Position numbers and translations under genes: made by a program
Notes under the pieces: generated by a model
What the model saw: only the letters and a program-made list of their open reading frames with translations
What the model was told of the DNA's origin: nothing
Database searches by the model: none
Assembly: GCA_963667785.2 (NCBI GenBank)
Contig: CAXXMU010000006.1
Coordinates: forward strand, 768,001-832,000
Source of the DNA: Alphaproteobacteria bacterium
Lineage (GTDB): Bacteria; Pseudomonadota; Alphaproteobacteria; UBA828
Length of the DNA: 64,000 nucleotides
Reading direction: 5' to 3'
Part shown: piece by piece, positions 45,085 through 55,211 of the stretch
Position numbering within the stretch: position 1 is the first letter of the stretch
Layout of the letters: each line of letters begins with the position of its first letter

Positions 45085-46134
45085 CTACGCCGCCTCGGCA
45101 GCAAGGCGCCGCGCGGTCTCGATCAGCGCATCCACCTCGCCCTCCCCGGTGTCGTGCCGGGTGACGAGGCGGATCGTGGTCGCCGCAGGATCGGTCTCGG
45201 GCCAGCGATAGAAGAGGACGCCGGCCCCGGCCAGCCCGTCGATCACCGCCGCCGGCAGCGTGACGAAGATCTCGTTGGCCTCTGCCGGCGCCGCGAGCGA
45301 CGCTCCCGGCACGGCCTCGAGGCCGGCAGCGAGCCGACGTGCCTGGCGGTTGGCGCGTTCCGCCAGCCCGAGCCAGAGGCCGCCCCGGACGTAAGCCCCG
45401 AGCTGGGCCGAGACGAAGCGCATCTTGGAGAGGAGCTGGCCCGCGCGCTTGTGGCGGAAGGCGAGGTCGGCCGCGCGGCTACGGTCGAAGAGCACGATGG
45501 CCTCGGCCGCCAACGCGCCGTTCTTGGTGGCGCCGAAGGAGAGCGCATCCACGCCGGCCTGCCAGGTGAGCGCGGCCGGGCTCTCGCCGCCGGCCGCCAC
45601 CGCATTGCCGAAGCGGGCGCCGTCCATGTGGACGGCGAGGCCGTGGCGGCGCGCGATCCCGGTCAGCGCCCGGAGCTCGTCGGGCGTGTAGACCTGGCCC
45701 ATCTCGGTCGGCTGGGTGAGGCTGAGGCAGGCCGGCTGCGACCAGTGAACCTCGCCCGCGCCGGCTGCGGCGAGCGCCGCCTCCAGCGCCTGCGGCACGA
45801 TCTTGCCGAGGGGCGCCTCGATGCCGGCGACCTTGGCGCCGCCGGTCATGAACTCGGGCGCGCCGCACTCGTCGTTCTCGACATGGGCGTCGCGGGCCGC
45901 GTAGATCACGCCCCAGGGCGGGGTGAGCGCGGCCACCGCGAGCGCGTTCGCCGCGGTCCCCGTCACCACGGGGAAGACGCTCACCTCGGTCTCGAAGAGG
46001 GCGGAGAACGCCGGCTCAAGCCCCTCGGTCCAGGGGTCGCCGCCATAGGGCGTGGCGCTCGCCCGCGCCGCCTCGGCCACGGCTTCCACGATCTCGGGCG
46101 CAGCCGAGGCCACGTTGTCGCTGCGAAAGTCCAT
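45085..46134 (-). CDS. ltaE: Low-specificity L-threonine aldolase
   Basis: DFRSDN, TGTAANAL, DECGAPE, HMDGARFGNA, SFGATKNG (PLP Lys). Confidence 0.9.
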   Translation of the reverse strand: MDFRSDNVASAAPEIVEAVAEAARASATPYGGDPWTEGLEPAFSALFETEVSVFPVVTGTAANALAVAALTPPWGVIYAARDAHVENDECGAPEFMTGGAKVAGIEAPLGKIVPQALEAALAAAGAGEVHWSQPACLSLTQPTEMGQVYTPDELRALTGIARRHGLAVHMDGARFGNAVAAGGESPAALTWQAGVDALSFGATKNGALAAEAIVLFDRSRAADLAFRHKRAGQLLSKMRFVSAQLGAYVRGGLWLGLAERANRQARRLAAGLEAVPGASLAAPAEANEIFVTLPAAVIDGLAGAGVLFYRWPETDPAATTIRLVTRHDTGEGEVDALIETARRLAAEAA

Positions 46135-46156
46135 GTCGGCTCCGTCTCCTCCGGGC

Positions 46157-46606
46157 TCACGCCTCCCTGCCGCCGAGCTCGAGCCCGAGCGGCAGGAAGG
46201 CCGCGCCGTCCGCCGTCGGCCGCCAGCCCGTGGTGGCGCCGGCGTGGCCGCCGGCGACGGCGGTGATGAGCCAGACCATCGCCGGCTCGAAGATCATGGC
46301 TCGATCGGTCGCGGAAGGCCCGGCGCTGCCGTCGGGATGGGAGTGATAGACGCCGACGACCGAGTCCTGGCCATCGCGCAGGTCCCGCTCCAGCCTGAGC
46401 CGGAGCCTGGGGTCGACCTCGAAGCGCCGCGTGCGCGGCGGCTCGGCGACGTTGGCGCTGGCCTCGACCCGGCTCACCCGCACCGCGCCGTCGGCCGCGC
46501 GACGCCCGACGAGCAGCCCGCATGCCTCCTCCGGGTAGGCCGCCTCGGCCGCGGCCTCGATGGCCCGGAGCTGCGCCGCCGTGAGCCGGACCCGCGTGGC
46601 GCTCAC
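46157..46606 (-). CDS. Mov34/MPN/JAB-family metallopeptidase (M67)
   Basis: YPEEACGLLVG, GVYHSHPDG..PSATD JAMM motif; GTG start overlaps the upstream stop. Confidence 0.88.
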   Translation of the reverse strand: MSATRVRLTAAQLRAIEAAAEAAYPEEACGLLVGRRAADGAVRVSRVEASANVAEPPRTRRFEVDPRLRLRLERDLRDGQDSVVGVYHSHPDGSAGPSATDRAMIFEPAMVWLITAVAGGHAGATTGWRPTADGAAFLPLGLELGGREA

Positions 46607-46962
46607 GGCCCGCCTTCGAGCCCGATGGCGGCGACCACGCCGCCGCTCCGCAGGTCGACGATGACGATCCGCTCGCCGGCTTCGGGCACGGCGACCACGA
46701 GGATGAGGCGGTGGCCCGCCGTGGTCATCTGCCGCACCTCCGAGCCCGCAGGCAGCCCCAGATCGCCCGGCGCGGGCGGCGGCGGCAGGGCGGCGTCGGG
46801 CGCAAGCCCCGCGCCGGCCTCGTCCGCCACCACCTCGCCATCGTCGCCGCTCAGCTCGGCCAGCTCCTCGCCCTTCTCGACGAGCTTGAGGCCGATCACG
46901 ACGAGACCCGCCGCGATCATCACCCCGAGAACGATGACGATGATCTTGAGATAGGTGATCAT
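46603..46962 (-). CDS. Hypothetical membrane-anchored protein
   Basis: N-terminal TM LKIIVIVLGVMIAAGLVVIG; coupled to the JAB gene and divergent from rluD. Confidence 0.7.
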   Translation of the reverse strand: MITYLKIIVIVLGVMIAAGLVVIGLKLVEKGEELAELSGDDGEVVADEAGAGLAPDAALPPPPAPGDLGLPAGSEVRQMTTAGHRLILVVAVPEAGERIVIVDLRSGGVVAAIGLEGGP

Positions 46963-46976
46963 GGCCCGTACCGGAT

Positions 46977-47966
46977 ATGAGCACCGCCACTGAGACGCGC
47001 CGCCGCTTCACCGTCGCCCGGGCGGACTCGCGCGCGCGGCTCGACCGGCTGCTGGCGGACCTCGTGCCGGCGCTTTCCCGCTCGCGGCTCAAGACGCTGA
47101 TCGAGACCGGCCGGGTCTCGATCGCCGGCGAGACGATAACGGAGCCGGGATACAGGGTCAAACCGGGCCAGCAGGTGACGCTCGTGATCCCGCCGCCGGC
47201 CGACGAGACGCCGCGCGCCCAGGCGATTCCGCTCAGCATCGCCCATGAGGACGAGCATCTGATCGTGGTGGACAAGCCCGCCGGCCTGGTGGTCCACCCC
47301 GCGCCGGGCAACCCCGACCGCACGCTGGTCAACGCGCTGGTCGCCCATTGCGGCGCTTCTCTCTCGGGCATCGGCGGGGTGCGGCGGCCGGGCATCGTCC
47401 ATCGGCTCGACAAGGACACGAGCGGCCTCCTGGTCGCGGCCAAGAACGATGCCGCGCACCGGGGGCTCGCGGCGCAGTTCGCCTCGAAGCAGCTGAGCCG
47501 GACCTATCGGGCGGTGGTCTGGGGGACGCCCCGGCCGGCCGAGGGCCGGATCGAGGGCGCCATCGGGCGCGATCCCCGCAACCGCAAGCGGATGGCGGTG
47601 CGCGCGCATGGCGGCAAGCCGGCGCTCACGCACTATCGTGTGCTACAATCACCGGGCGCGCTCTGGAGCGTCGTCGAATGCCGGCTGGAGACCGGACGCA
47701 CCCACCAGATTCGGGTGCATCTGGCGCACGCGGGGCATCCGTTGCTGGGCGATGCGCTCTATGGCGGGAGCCGGCGGCGGCACGTGGGCGAGCAGGGGCG
47801 GGCCGCGCTCGCACACTGCCCGCGCCAGGCGCTGCACGCCGCCGGGCTCGGCTTCGTCCACCCGGTGAGCGGCGCGCCGCTCAGCTTCGAGAGCCCCCTG
47901 CCGGCGGACATGCGCGAACTGATCGAAGCCTTGCGAGCCGTTGACATAAGAGTAACAAAGACTTGA
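46977..47966 (+). CDS. rluD: 23S rRNA pseudouridine synthase, RluA/RluD family
   Basis: S4 domain, DKPAGLVVHP, GIVHRLDKDTSG, ETGRTHQIRVH; directly upstream of rpoH. Confidence 0.92.
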   Translation: MSTATETRRRFTVARADSRARLDRLLADLVPALSRSRLKTLIETGRVSIAGETITEPGYRVKPGQQVTLVIPPPADETPRAQAIPLSIAHEDEHLIVVDKPAGLVVHPAPGNPDRTLVNALVAHCGASLSGIGGVRRPGIVHRLDKDTSGLLVAAKNDAAHRGLAAQFASKQLSRTYRAVVWGTPRPAEGRIEGAIGRDPRNRKRMAVRAHGGKPALTHYRVLQSPGALWSVVECRLETGRTHQIRVHLAHAGHPLLGDALYGGSRRRHVGEQGRAALAHCPRQALHAAGLGFVHPVSGAPLSFESPLPADMRELIEALRAVDIRVTKT

Positions 47967-48012
47967 CATAATAGGAATTGCCTTGAAAGAGCCGCATTTG
48001 AGGGCCAATTCT
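47941..48012 (+). promoter_or_regulatory. AT-rich rpoH promoter region
   Basis: Two TTGACATAA direct repeats (47941, 47963) and a sigma32-like CTTGAA..CCAATT. Confidence 0.5.
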
Positions 48013-48086
48013 AAGAGCGAACCCGCAGAGCCGGAACGGGCGCCTGCGGGGGCACGGAGGGTCTCGCGAGCAGGAGGGATGGAACG

Positions 48087-48998
48087 ATGACAGCCCGCAC
48101 CGTCCCCATACCGGCAACCGTGGAGGGGAGCAGCGTCTCCCGCTATCTCCGCGAGATCAGGCAATTCCCGCTCCTCACGCCCGAGGAGGAGTTCATGCTG
48201 GCCAAGCGCTGGCGTGAGCACGACGATGCCGAGGCCGCGCACCGGCTGGTGACCAGCCACCTGCGCCTCGTCGCCAAGATCGCGATGGGCTATCGCGGCT
48301 ACGGGCTGCCGGTGGGCGAGCTGATCTCCGAAGGCAATATCGGCCTCATGCAGGCGGTCAAGCGCTTCGATCCGGACCGCGGCTTCCGGCTCGCGACCTA
48401 CGCCATGTGGTGGATCCGCGCCTCGATGCAGGAATACATCCTGCATTCCTGGTCGCTGGTGAAGATGGGCACCACGGCCGCGCAGAAGAAGCTGTTCTTC
48501 AACCTGCGCAAGCTCAAGGGCGAGATCGAGGCGATCGACGACGGCGACCTGACGCCGGAGCAGGTGGAGCACATCGCCACCGCGCTCAACGTCTCGCACA
48601 ACGACGTGATCTCCATGAACCGGCGGATGAGCGGGCCGGACCAGTCGCTCAACGCGCCCGTCCGCGAGGAAGGCGGCGGCGAGTGGCAGGACTGGCTGGA
48701 GGACTCGGGCGAGAGCCAGGAGAGCACCGTCCTCGAGGCGAACGAGCTGGACCACCGGCGGCAGCTCTTCAGCGACTCCCTCGAGGTGCTGACCGATCGC
48801 GAGCAGCATATCTTGGCCGAGCGGCGGCTGAAGGAAGAGCCCACGACGCTGGAGCAGCTCAGCCAGCACTACGGGGTCTCGCGCGAGCGCATCCGCCAGA
48901 TCGAGGAGCGCGCCTTCAAGAAGCTGCAGAAGGCGATGCGCGCGGCCCACCGCCGCCAGCGGGAGGAGGCCGCGTCAGCGGCGGCAGCGCTGCACTAG
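48087..48998 (+). CDS. rpoH: RNA polymerase sigma factor RpoH (sigma32)
   Basis: LVTSHLRLV, GYRGYGLP, RpoH box QKKLFFNLR, VSRERIRQIE. Confidence 0.95.
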   Translation: MTARTVPIPATVEGSSVSRYLREIRQFPLLTPEEEFMLAKRWREHDDAEAAHRLVTSHLRLVAKIAMGYRGYGLPVGELISEGNIGLMQAVKRFDPDRGFRLATYAMWWIRASMQEYILHSWSLVKMGTTAAQKKLFFNLRKLKGEIEAIDDGDLTPEQVEHIATALNVSHNDVISMNRRMSGPDQSLNAPVREEGGGEWQDWLEDSGESQESTVLEANELDHRRQLFSDSLEVLTDREQHILAERRLKEEPTTLEQLSQHYGVSRERIRQIEERAFKKLQKAMRAAHRRQREEAASAAAALH

Positions 48999-49037
48999 GC
49001 CGGAATTCTCACCAGGTCGGGGCCTGCGGCGCGTGCC

Positions 49038-49628
49038 TCAGCGCCCCATGGCGTAGTATTCGCGGTTGGGGCGCATGTCGATGGCGGCTGCCAGCCTGTT
49101 CGTCATGTTGTAGAAGCCCGCGACCTCGGCGATGTCGAAGATGTCCTCGTCGCTGAAGCCCGCCTTCCTGAGCGCCGCGCGGTCCGCTTTGCCCACCGCA
49201 TCGGGGCTCTCGCTCAGCTTCCAGACGAAATCCAGCATCGCGCGCTGGCGTGCCGGGAGCGCTGCCGCGCGGTAGTTGGCGACGAGCTGGTCGCCGAGGA
49301 CCGCATCGCCCGCAAGGAGGCGGACCTGCGCGCCGTGGGCCACGAGGCAGTAGTGGCAGTGGTTCACGCAGGAGACGACGACGGCGATCATCTCCCGCTC
49401 CAGCGCGGTGAGGCCGGACTCGCCCAGCATCAGCTCGTTGTTGTAGCGGCGGAAGAGCTCGAACTTGCGGGGCCGGAGCGTGTAGGAGCGGAGCACGTTC
49501 GGCACGAAGCCGATCTTCTCCAGGCAGCGCGCGAAGACGGCGCGAATCTCCGGCGGGTTCCTGCGTTGATCGGGCAGGCGGAGCTCATGGACGCGGTCCG
49601 CCCGGCGCACGCCTCGCTTGGCTGGCAT
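49038..49628 (-). CDS. Peroxidase-related enzyme (AhpD/CMD family)
   Basis: GFVPNV, EREMIAVVVS..NHCHYCLVAHG, FYNMTNR. Confidence 0.88.
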   Translation of the reverse strand: MPAKRGVRRADRVHELRLPDQRRNPPEIRAVFARCLEKIGFVPNVLRSYTLRPRKFELFRRYNNELMLGESGLTALEREMIAVVVSCVNHCHYCLVAHGAQVRLLAGDAVLGDQLVANYRAAALPARQRAMLDFVWKLSESPDAVGKADRAALRKAGFSDEDIFDIAEVAGFYNMTNRLAAAIDMRPNREYYAMGR

Positions 49629-49655
49629 CGGTCGTTCTCCCTGGAGGTGGTGCGC

Positions 49656-49831
49656 TTAGAGCGAGTCCGTCTGTGACGGACTCGCGACAGGCCGCGACCG
49701 CGGCCCGCCGCTTATGCGGCGCGCCCGCATCGTGCGCTCCGCGCGCGTCCCGCGCGACGGCGCCGGCCGGTCGCGACGGCAGGCGCGCAGTATCTGCGAC
49801 CGGCCGGCTGCCGTGAGCGACAAGACTCTCA
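49656..49831. repeat. TAGAGC-family repeat, copy C (reverse orientation, expanded core)
   Basis: TAGAGCGAGTCCGT..ACGGACTCGCGACAGGCCGCGACCGCGGCCCGCCGCT...GCCGGCTGCCGTGAGCGACAA matches the reverse complement of copies A/B. Confidence 0.8.
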
Positions 49832-50899
49832 ACCGCACTGGGCGCGGTGGCGCAGCAGGTGATCGGCCAGCACGCACGCCATCATCGCCTCGCCCACCGG
49901 CACCGCGCGGATGCCGACGCAGGGATCGTGCCGGCCGCCGGTGGAGACCTCCGTCTCCTCGCCCTTGGCTGTAATGGTGCGGCGGGGCGTGCGGATCGAG
50001 CTCGTCGGCTTGACCGCGAAGCGCGCCACCACCGGCTGGCCGGTGGTGATGCCGCCGAGCACGCCGCCGGCATTGTTGCCGAGAAAGTACGGGCCGTCGT
50101 CGGACATGCGGATCTCGTCGCCGCTCGCGTCGCCGCTCATGGCGGCGGCCGCGAATCCGGCGCCGATCTCGACGCCCTTGACCGCGTTGATGCCCATCAT
50201 GGCGGCGGCGAGATCGGCGTCGAGCTTGCCGTAGACCGGCGCGCCGAGGCCCGCCGGCACACCGGCCGCCTCCACCTCGATGACGGCGCCGAGAGAGGTG
50301 CCGGCCTTGCGCGCCTCGTCGAGCGCCGCCTCCCAGGCCGGCACGGTCTCCGCGTCGGGGCAGAAGAGCGGGTTGCGCGCGCACTCCTCCCAGTCCCAGC
50401 GTGCGCGGTCGACGGTGCTCGGGCCGATCCGGATCACCGCGCCCCGGATCGTCACGCCGTCACCCAGGATCTTGCCCGCGATGGCGCCGGCGGCCACCCG
50501 CATCGCCGTCTCGCGCGCGCTGGCGCGGCCGCCGCCGCGATAGTCGCGGATGCCGAACTTCGCCTCGTAGGTAAAATCGGCGTGGCCGGGGCGATAGGTC
50601 TCCTTCAGCGGGCCGTAGTCGCGGCTGCGCGCGTCCTCGTTCTCGATCACCAGCGCGATCGGCGAGCCGGTCGTCCGGCCCTCGAAGACGCCGGAGAGGA
50701 TGCGCACGGTGTCGGACTCGCGCCGCTGGGTGACGAAGCGGGAGCTGCCGGGCCGGCGGCGGTCGAGCGCGGGCTGGATGTCGGATTCGGCGAGGGGAAT
50801 ACGCGGCGGCACGCCGTCGACGACGCAGCCGATCGCCGGCCCGTGGCTCTCGCCCCAGGTCGTGACCCGGAAGAGCAGGCCGAAGCTGTTGCTGGCCAT
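49829..50899 (-). CDS. aroC: Chorismate synthase
   Basis: [43 protein letters not shown]. Confidence 0.95.
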   Translation of the reverse strand: MASNSFGLLFRVTTWGESHGPAIGCVVDGVPPRIPLAESDIQPALDRRRPGSSRFVTQRRESDTVRILSGVFEGRTTGSPIALVIENEDARSRDYGPLKETYRPGHADFTYEAKFGIRDYRGGGRASARETAMRVAAGAIAGKILGDGVTIRGAVIRIGPSTVDRARWDWEECARNPLFCPDAETVPAWEAALDEARKAGTSLGAVIEVEAAGVPAGLGAPVYGKLDADLAAAMMGINAVKGVEIGAGFAAAAMSGDASGDEIRMSDDGPYFLGNNAGGVLGGITTGQPVVARFAVKPTSSIRTPRRTITAKGEETEVSTGGRHDPCVGIRAVPVGEAMMACVLADHLLRHRAQCG

Positions 50900-50913
50900 G
50901 GCCGGGGGTGGCC

Positions 50914-51729
50914 TTAGACCACCGAGATGTCGGGCGCGTCCGGTCGCTTCATGCCGACGATGTGATAGCCGCAGTCGACGTGATGGACCTCGCCGGTGAC
51001 GCCGCGGCCGAGATCGCTCAGCAGGTAGGTCGCGGCGCCGCCGACCTCCTCGATCGTGACGTTGCGCTTGAGCGGGGCGTTGTACTCGTTCCACTTCATG
51101 ATGTAGCGGAAATCGCCGATCCCCGACGCAGCCAGGGTCTTGACCGGGCCGGCGGAGATCGCGTTGACCCTGATGTTCCGGTCGCCCAGGTCGGCGGCGA
51201 GATAGCGCACGCTCGCCTCCAGCGCCGCCTTGGCGACGCCCATCACGTTGTAGTGCGGCACCCAGCGCTCGGCACCCATGTAGGTGAGCGTCAGCAGGCC
51301 GCCGCCGTCCGCGTTCATCAGCCCCACGGCGCGCCGGCAGAGCGCCGTGAACGAGTAGCACGAGACCTGAAGCGTGGTCTGGAAGTTCTCGAGCGTGGTG
51401 TCGAGATAGCGCCCCTTCAGCTCGTCCTTGTCGGAATAGGCGATCGCATGGACGAGGAAGTCGAGGCCGCCCCAGCGCGCGGCGATCGCCTCGAAGGTGG
51501 CGTCGACGCTCGCCTCGTCGGTCACGTCGCAGGGAACGACGAAATCGGAGCCGACCGACTCGGCAAGTGGCCGAAGCCGCTTCTCGATCGCGTCACCCTG
51601 ATAGGTGAAGGCCAGATCGGCGCCATGATCGGCGAGGGACTGGGCCACACCCCAAGCGAGGGAGCGTGCGTTCGCAACCCCCATCACGATGCCCCGCTTG
51701 CCCGCCATCAGCGGCGAAGCATCCGCCAT
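50914..51729 (-). CDS. fabI: Enoyl-ACP reductase
   Basis: [42 protein letters not shown]. Confidence 0.95.
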   Translation of the reverse strand: MADASPLMAGKRGIVMGVANARSLAWGVAQSLADHGADLAFTYQGDAIEKRLRPLAESVGSDFVVPCDVTDEASVDATFEAIAARWGGLDFLVHAIAYSDKDELKGRYLDTTLENFQTTLQVSCYSFTALCRRAVGLMNADGGGLLTLTYMGAERWVPHYNVMGVAKAALEASVRYLAADLGDRNIRVNAISAGPVKTLAASGIGDFRYIMKWNEYNAPLKRNVTIEEVGGAATYLLSDLGRGVTGEVHHVDCGYHIVGMKRPDAPDISVV

Positions 51730-51983
51730 CGAAGCCTCGTTTTTCCTTGATTTCCCGCGTGTTGCCGCATCCTACACGAAACCCGCGGTGCCGCAAGCGG
51801 GCAGCGGCCCTGTCGCCGTTCTTTCATGTCCCGGCCCAGGGGCCGCAGCGCACCCCGCCGCCGGGCGGATACCGGCCGCGACCGTGCTATAAGCGGCGGG
51901 CAAGCCACCTGTCGCCCGAAGGGCGGCGGATCACGCGCGCTCACGGTGCGATCAATGGCCCTCATGCGCGGAATGCGCCTGGC

Positions 51984-52919
51984 GTGAAACCCGATACTGC
52001 GAGCGGACCGCGAATCGACCCGGAACGCGCCCGCCGGATGATGCGCCGCGCGACCGCATTCGCGGTCGCCGCCGCCGCGCTGATGATCGCCGGCAAGCTC
52101 GGCGCCTGGCTCGCGACCGATTCCGTCAGCCTTCTCTCGGCATTGGCGGATTCGGTGATGGACGTGCTCGCCTCGCTGATCAACCTGTTCGCCGTCCGCC
52201 ATGCGCTCCAGCCGCCGGATCGGGAGCACCGCTTCGGCCACGGCAAGGCGGAGCCGCTGGCGGGCCTCGGCCAGGCGCTCTTCATCACGGCGTCCGCGAT
52301 CTTCCTCATCGTCGAGGCGGCGGGCCGCATCGTCGAGCCGGAGCCCATCCGGCAAGCGCCGGTGGGGATCGGGGTGATGGGCTTCGCCATCCTCGTCACG
52401 GCGGCGCTGGTGACCTATCAGCGCCGGGTGGTGCGGCTCACGGGATCGACGGCGATCAAGGCCGATTCGCTCCACTATGCGTCCGACATCCTGGTGGACA
52501 TCGGCGTGATCGTGGCGCTGGTGCTGGCGATGACGCTCGGTTGGGGCCTGGCCGACCCGATCATCGCGATCCTGATCGCGGGCGTCATCATCCACGCCGC
52601 GTTCCGCGTGGCGAAGGGCGCCATCGAGCAGCTCATGGACCGCGAGTTCCCGGACGAGGACCGCGAGCGGATTCGGCAGATCGTGCTGGCGCATCCCGAC
52701 GTGCTGGACTGCCACGATCTCAGGACCCGCCGCTCGGGCATCGATTCCTTCATCCAGGTCCATGTCGAGATGGACCGCTCGCTCACCCTGATGCGCGCGC
52801 ACGAGATCTCCGACGACGTGGAGGCACGGATCCGCGCGGTCTTCCCCCATGCGGAGGTCCTCATCCACGCCGACCCGGAAGGCATCGAGGAACCCATGCC
52901 GAGCTTCGCCCGGCGTTGA
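51984..52919 (+). CDS. fieF: Cation diffusion facilitator (FieF/YiiP-like)
   Basis: SLLSALADS..D, PPDREHRFGHGKAE, ADSLHY.SD, HDLRTR, IHADP; start approximate. Confidence 0.88.
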   Translation: MKPDTASGPRIDPERARRMMRRATAFAVAAAALMIAGKLGAWLATDSVSLLSALADSVMDVLASLINLFAVRHALQPPDREHRFGHGKAEPLAGLGQALFITASAIFLIVEAAGRIVEPEPIRQAPVGIGVMGFAILVTAALVTYQRRVVRLTGSTAIKADSLHYASDILVDIGVIVALVLAMTLGWGLADPIIAILIAGVIIHAAFRVAKGAIEQLMDREFPDEDRERIRQIVLAHPDVLDCHDLRTRRSGIDSFIQVHVEMDRSLTLMRAHEISDDVEARIRAVFPHAEVLIHADPEGIEEPMPSFARR

Positions 52920-52951
52920 TGCGGGCCTGAGAGGAAAGAGGGGGCACCGCC

Positions 52952-53593
52952 ATGCCACGCTGGGCGAACGGGCCGGTCGGGCAGCCGGCCTACTGGCAGG
53001 AGGCGTGCGCGGGTCTCGCCGCCGACCCGGTGATGGCGGCGCTTGTGGCGCGTTACCGGGGCGAGGGCCTGGTGGGCCAGGGCGATGCCTTCCTCACCAT
53101 CGCCCGCGCCATCGTGGCACAGCAGATCTCCGTGCGCGCGGCCGACAGCATCTGGGCGCGGCTCGAGGCTGCCGTCGGCACCGTCGCGCCGGCCGAAGTC
53201 GCGGCGCGGACGGAGGAGGCACTGCGCGGCGCCGGACTCACCCGCCAGAAGGCGGGCTACCTGCGTGACATCGCCGGGGGCTTCGTCGCCGGCCGCATCG
53301 AGCCTGCGCGCTGGCAAGACGCGGACGACGAGGCGGTGATCGCCGACCTGCTGGCGCTGCGCGGAGTCGGCCGCTGGACCGCCGAGATGGTGCTCATCTT
53401 CCACCTGCAGCGGCCGGACGTGCTGCCGCTCGCGGATATCGGCGTGCGCCGCGCCATGACCCAGCACTACGGCGACGGCGAGAGCATGAGCGTGGACGCG
53501 ATCGAGGCCCGGGCCGAGTGCTGGCGGCCGTGGCGCTCGGTTGCGGTCTGGCATCTGTGGCGCAGCCTCGACCCGCTGCCGGTCGCCTACTGA
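52952..53593 (+). CDS. alkA: DNA-3-methyladenine glycosylase II family
   Basis: IVAQQIS, HhH GVGRWTAEM, PDVLPLADIG, WRPWRS. Confidence 0.88.
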   Translation: MPRWANGPVGQPAYWQEACAGLAADPVMAALVARYRGEGLVGQGDAFLTIARAIVAQQISVRAADSIWARLEAAVGTVAPAEVAARTEEALRGAGLTRQKAGYLRDIAGGFVAGRIEPARWQDADDEAVIADLLALRGVGRWTAEMVLIFHLQRPDVLPLADIGVRRAMTQHYGDGESMSVDAIEARAECWRPWRSVAVWHLWRSLDPLPVAY

Positions 53594-53758
53594 GGGCGAC
53601 CAGTGCACCTAAGGCCACGATGGTGGCCCTGCCGGCACCGCCCGCACCGTGGACCGGCGGGGCGGCGGACTTCATAATGCGCCGGCGGCGAACGGACCGT
53701 CCGCGGCGCGCACACGGCGCCCGGTGCGCCCGCCGGAGCCGCGCCCGGAGAGGACCGC

Positions 53759-54289
53759 ATGTCGCTGCTCGACGATTTCGATTTCGATTCCCTGTCCGCA
53801 CCGGTCGTCGCGGTGGACGCGGGGGACTTCAAGGAAGGCATGCGCCAGCTCGCGGCCGGCGTCACCATCGTGACGACGTCGATAGGCGAGAGACGCATCG
53901 GGCTGACCGCCACCGCCGTCTGCTCGCTGAGCGCGGAGCCGCCGCTGCTGCTGGCCTGCGTCAACCGCGAGGCGGGCGCCCACGACCCCACGCTGCAGAG
54001 CCGGGTCTTCTGCGTCAACGTGCTGGGCGCGCGGCACCTGGACCTGGCGGCGCAGTTCTCGTCCTCGTCGCGGGTGCCGGAGCGCTTCACCACCGGCAAC
54101 TGGGGGACGCTCGCCACCGGGGCGCCGGTGCTGATGGATGCGCTCGCGAGCTTCGACTGCCTGCTCGGCCAGACGCTCCGGGCCGAGACCCACACGGTGC
54201 TCACCGGCCGCGTGCAGGCGGTGAGCACCGACCCGGCGCAGGAGCCGCTCCTCTACTCCCGCGGCGCCTTCGGCACCTTCGCCGCGTAG
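53759..54289 (+). CDS. Flavin reductase-family protein (HpaC/DszD-like)
   Basis: FKEGMRQLAAGVTIVT, GLTATAVCSLSAEPP, THTVLTG, PLLY. Confidence 0.9.
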   Translation: MSLLDDFDFDSLSAPVVAVDAGDFKEGMRQLAAGVTIVTTSIGERRIGLTATAVCSLSAEPPLLLACVNREAGAHDPTLQSRVFCVNVLGARHLDLAAQFSSSSRVPERFTTGNWGTLATGAPVLMDALASFDCLLGQTLRAETHTVLTGRVQAVSTDPAQEPLLYSRGAFGTFAA

Positions 54290-54421
54290 AGCGTATCCGT
54301 CTGGGGCGGATACGCGACAGGCCGCGACTGCGGCCCGCCGCTTATGCGGCGCTCTCGCGGAGGCGCCGGCAGGCGCGCGGAATCGCGGGACTGCCGGCTG
54401 CCGTGAGCGAAAGAATTGTCA
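54287..54421. repeat. TAGAGC-family repeat, copy D (reverse orientation)
   Basis: TAGAGCGTATCCGT..CGGATACGCGACAGGCCGCGACTGCGGCCCGCCGCT...GCCGGCTGCCGTGAGCGA; starts on the flavin reductase stop codon. Confidence 0.8.
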
Positions 54422-55195
54422 GAGCTTCGCCATGATCCCGCCGTCGACGACGAGGTCGATGCCGGTGATGAAGGACGCCTTGTCCGAGAGCAGGAAGAGG
54501 CAGGCGTGGGCGATGTCCTCCGGCAGGCCGAGGCGGCCCAAGGGCGTGCGCGCGATCATGGCGTCGGCGCGGCTGGGATCGGCCTCGTAGGCCGGTGCCG
54601 TCATCGGCGTCAGCACCGCACCGGGGCAGATGGTGTTGGAGCGGATGCCGGCGGGCGCGAGCTGCATGGCGAGCGAGCGCGAAAGCGCCGACATCCCGGC
54701 CTTCGACGCCTGGTAGGCGTCGATCGGCCCGTCCACCAGGATGTTCTCCATGTTGCGCAGGCCCACGACGCTCGCGATGTGGACCATCGCACCGCCCGCG
54801 CCCGTGCGCCTGAGGCAGGGCACGGCGCGGCGCGCCATGAGGGCTGCGGCGGTGAGGTTGATCTCCATCACCCGGTGCCAGACCGCCATCTCGATCTCGG
54901 CGATCGGGCCGTCCCGGTCGTACCAGCCGACGCCTGCGGCATTGACCAGGTAGTCGAGCCGGCCGGCCGCCTGGAAGGCCTCCGAAACGGTGCGCTCGAC
55001 CAGCCCCTCGTCGCTGGCATCGCCCCGGACGTACCGCCCGGCGGCGCCGGCACCGGCCGCGAACTCCGGCGGCTCGGGCTTGGGGTCGATGGCGGTGACC
55101 GCGCAGCCCTCGGCGCGGAGCGCGCGGGCGATGGCGAGGCCCATGCCCCCGCCTGCGCCGGTCATCACGCACGCCTTGCCGGCGAAGCCGCTCAT
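54419..55195 (-). CDS. Short-chain dehydrogenase/reductase
   Basis: TGAGGGMG, VNAAG, YQASK, CPGAVLTPM. Confidence 0.9.
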   Translation of the reverse strand: MSGFAGKACVMTGAGGGMGLAIARALRAEGCAVTAIDPKPEPPEFAAGAGAAGRYVRGDASDEGLVERTVSEAFQAAGRLDYLVNAAGVGWYDRDGPIAEIEMAVWHRVMEINLTAAALMARRAVPCLRRTGAGGAMVHIASVVGLRNMENILVDGPIDAYQASKAGMSALSRSLAMQLAPAGIRSNTICPGAVLTPMTAPAYEADPSRADAMIARTPLGRLGLPEDIAHACLFLLSDKASFITGIDLVVDGGIMAKL

Positions 55196-55211
55196 GGCCG
55201 AGCTCCCTCTC

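Noticed and set aside
44944-45085. tRNA-Glu as an island integration site
   Set aside because: No integrase, no duplicated tRNA 3' end seen, and core genes on both sides
46157-46606. JAB protein as part of a CBASS or ubiquitin-like defence system
   Set aside because: No CD-NTase, E1/E2 or ubiquitin-like gene nearby; the context is housekeeping (ltaE, rluD, rpoH)
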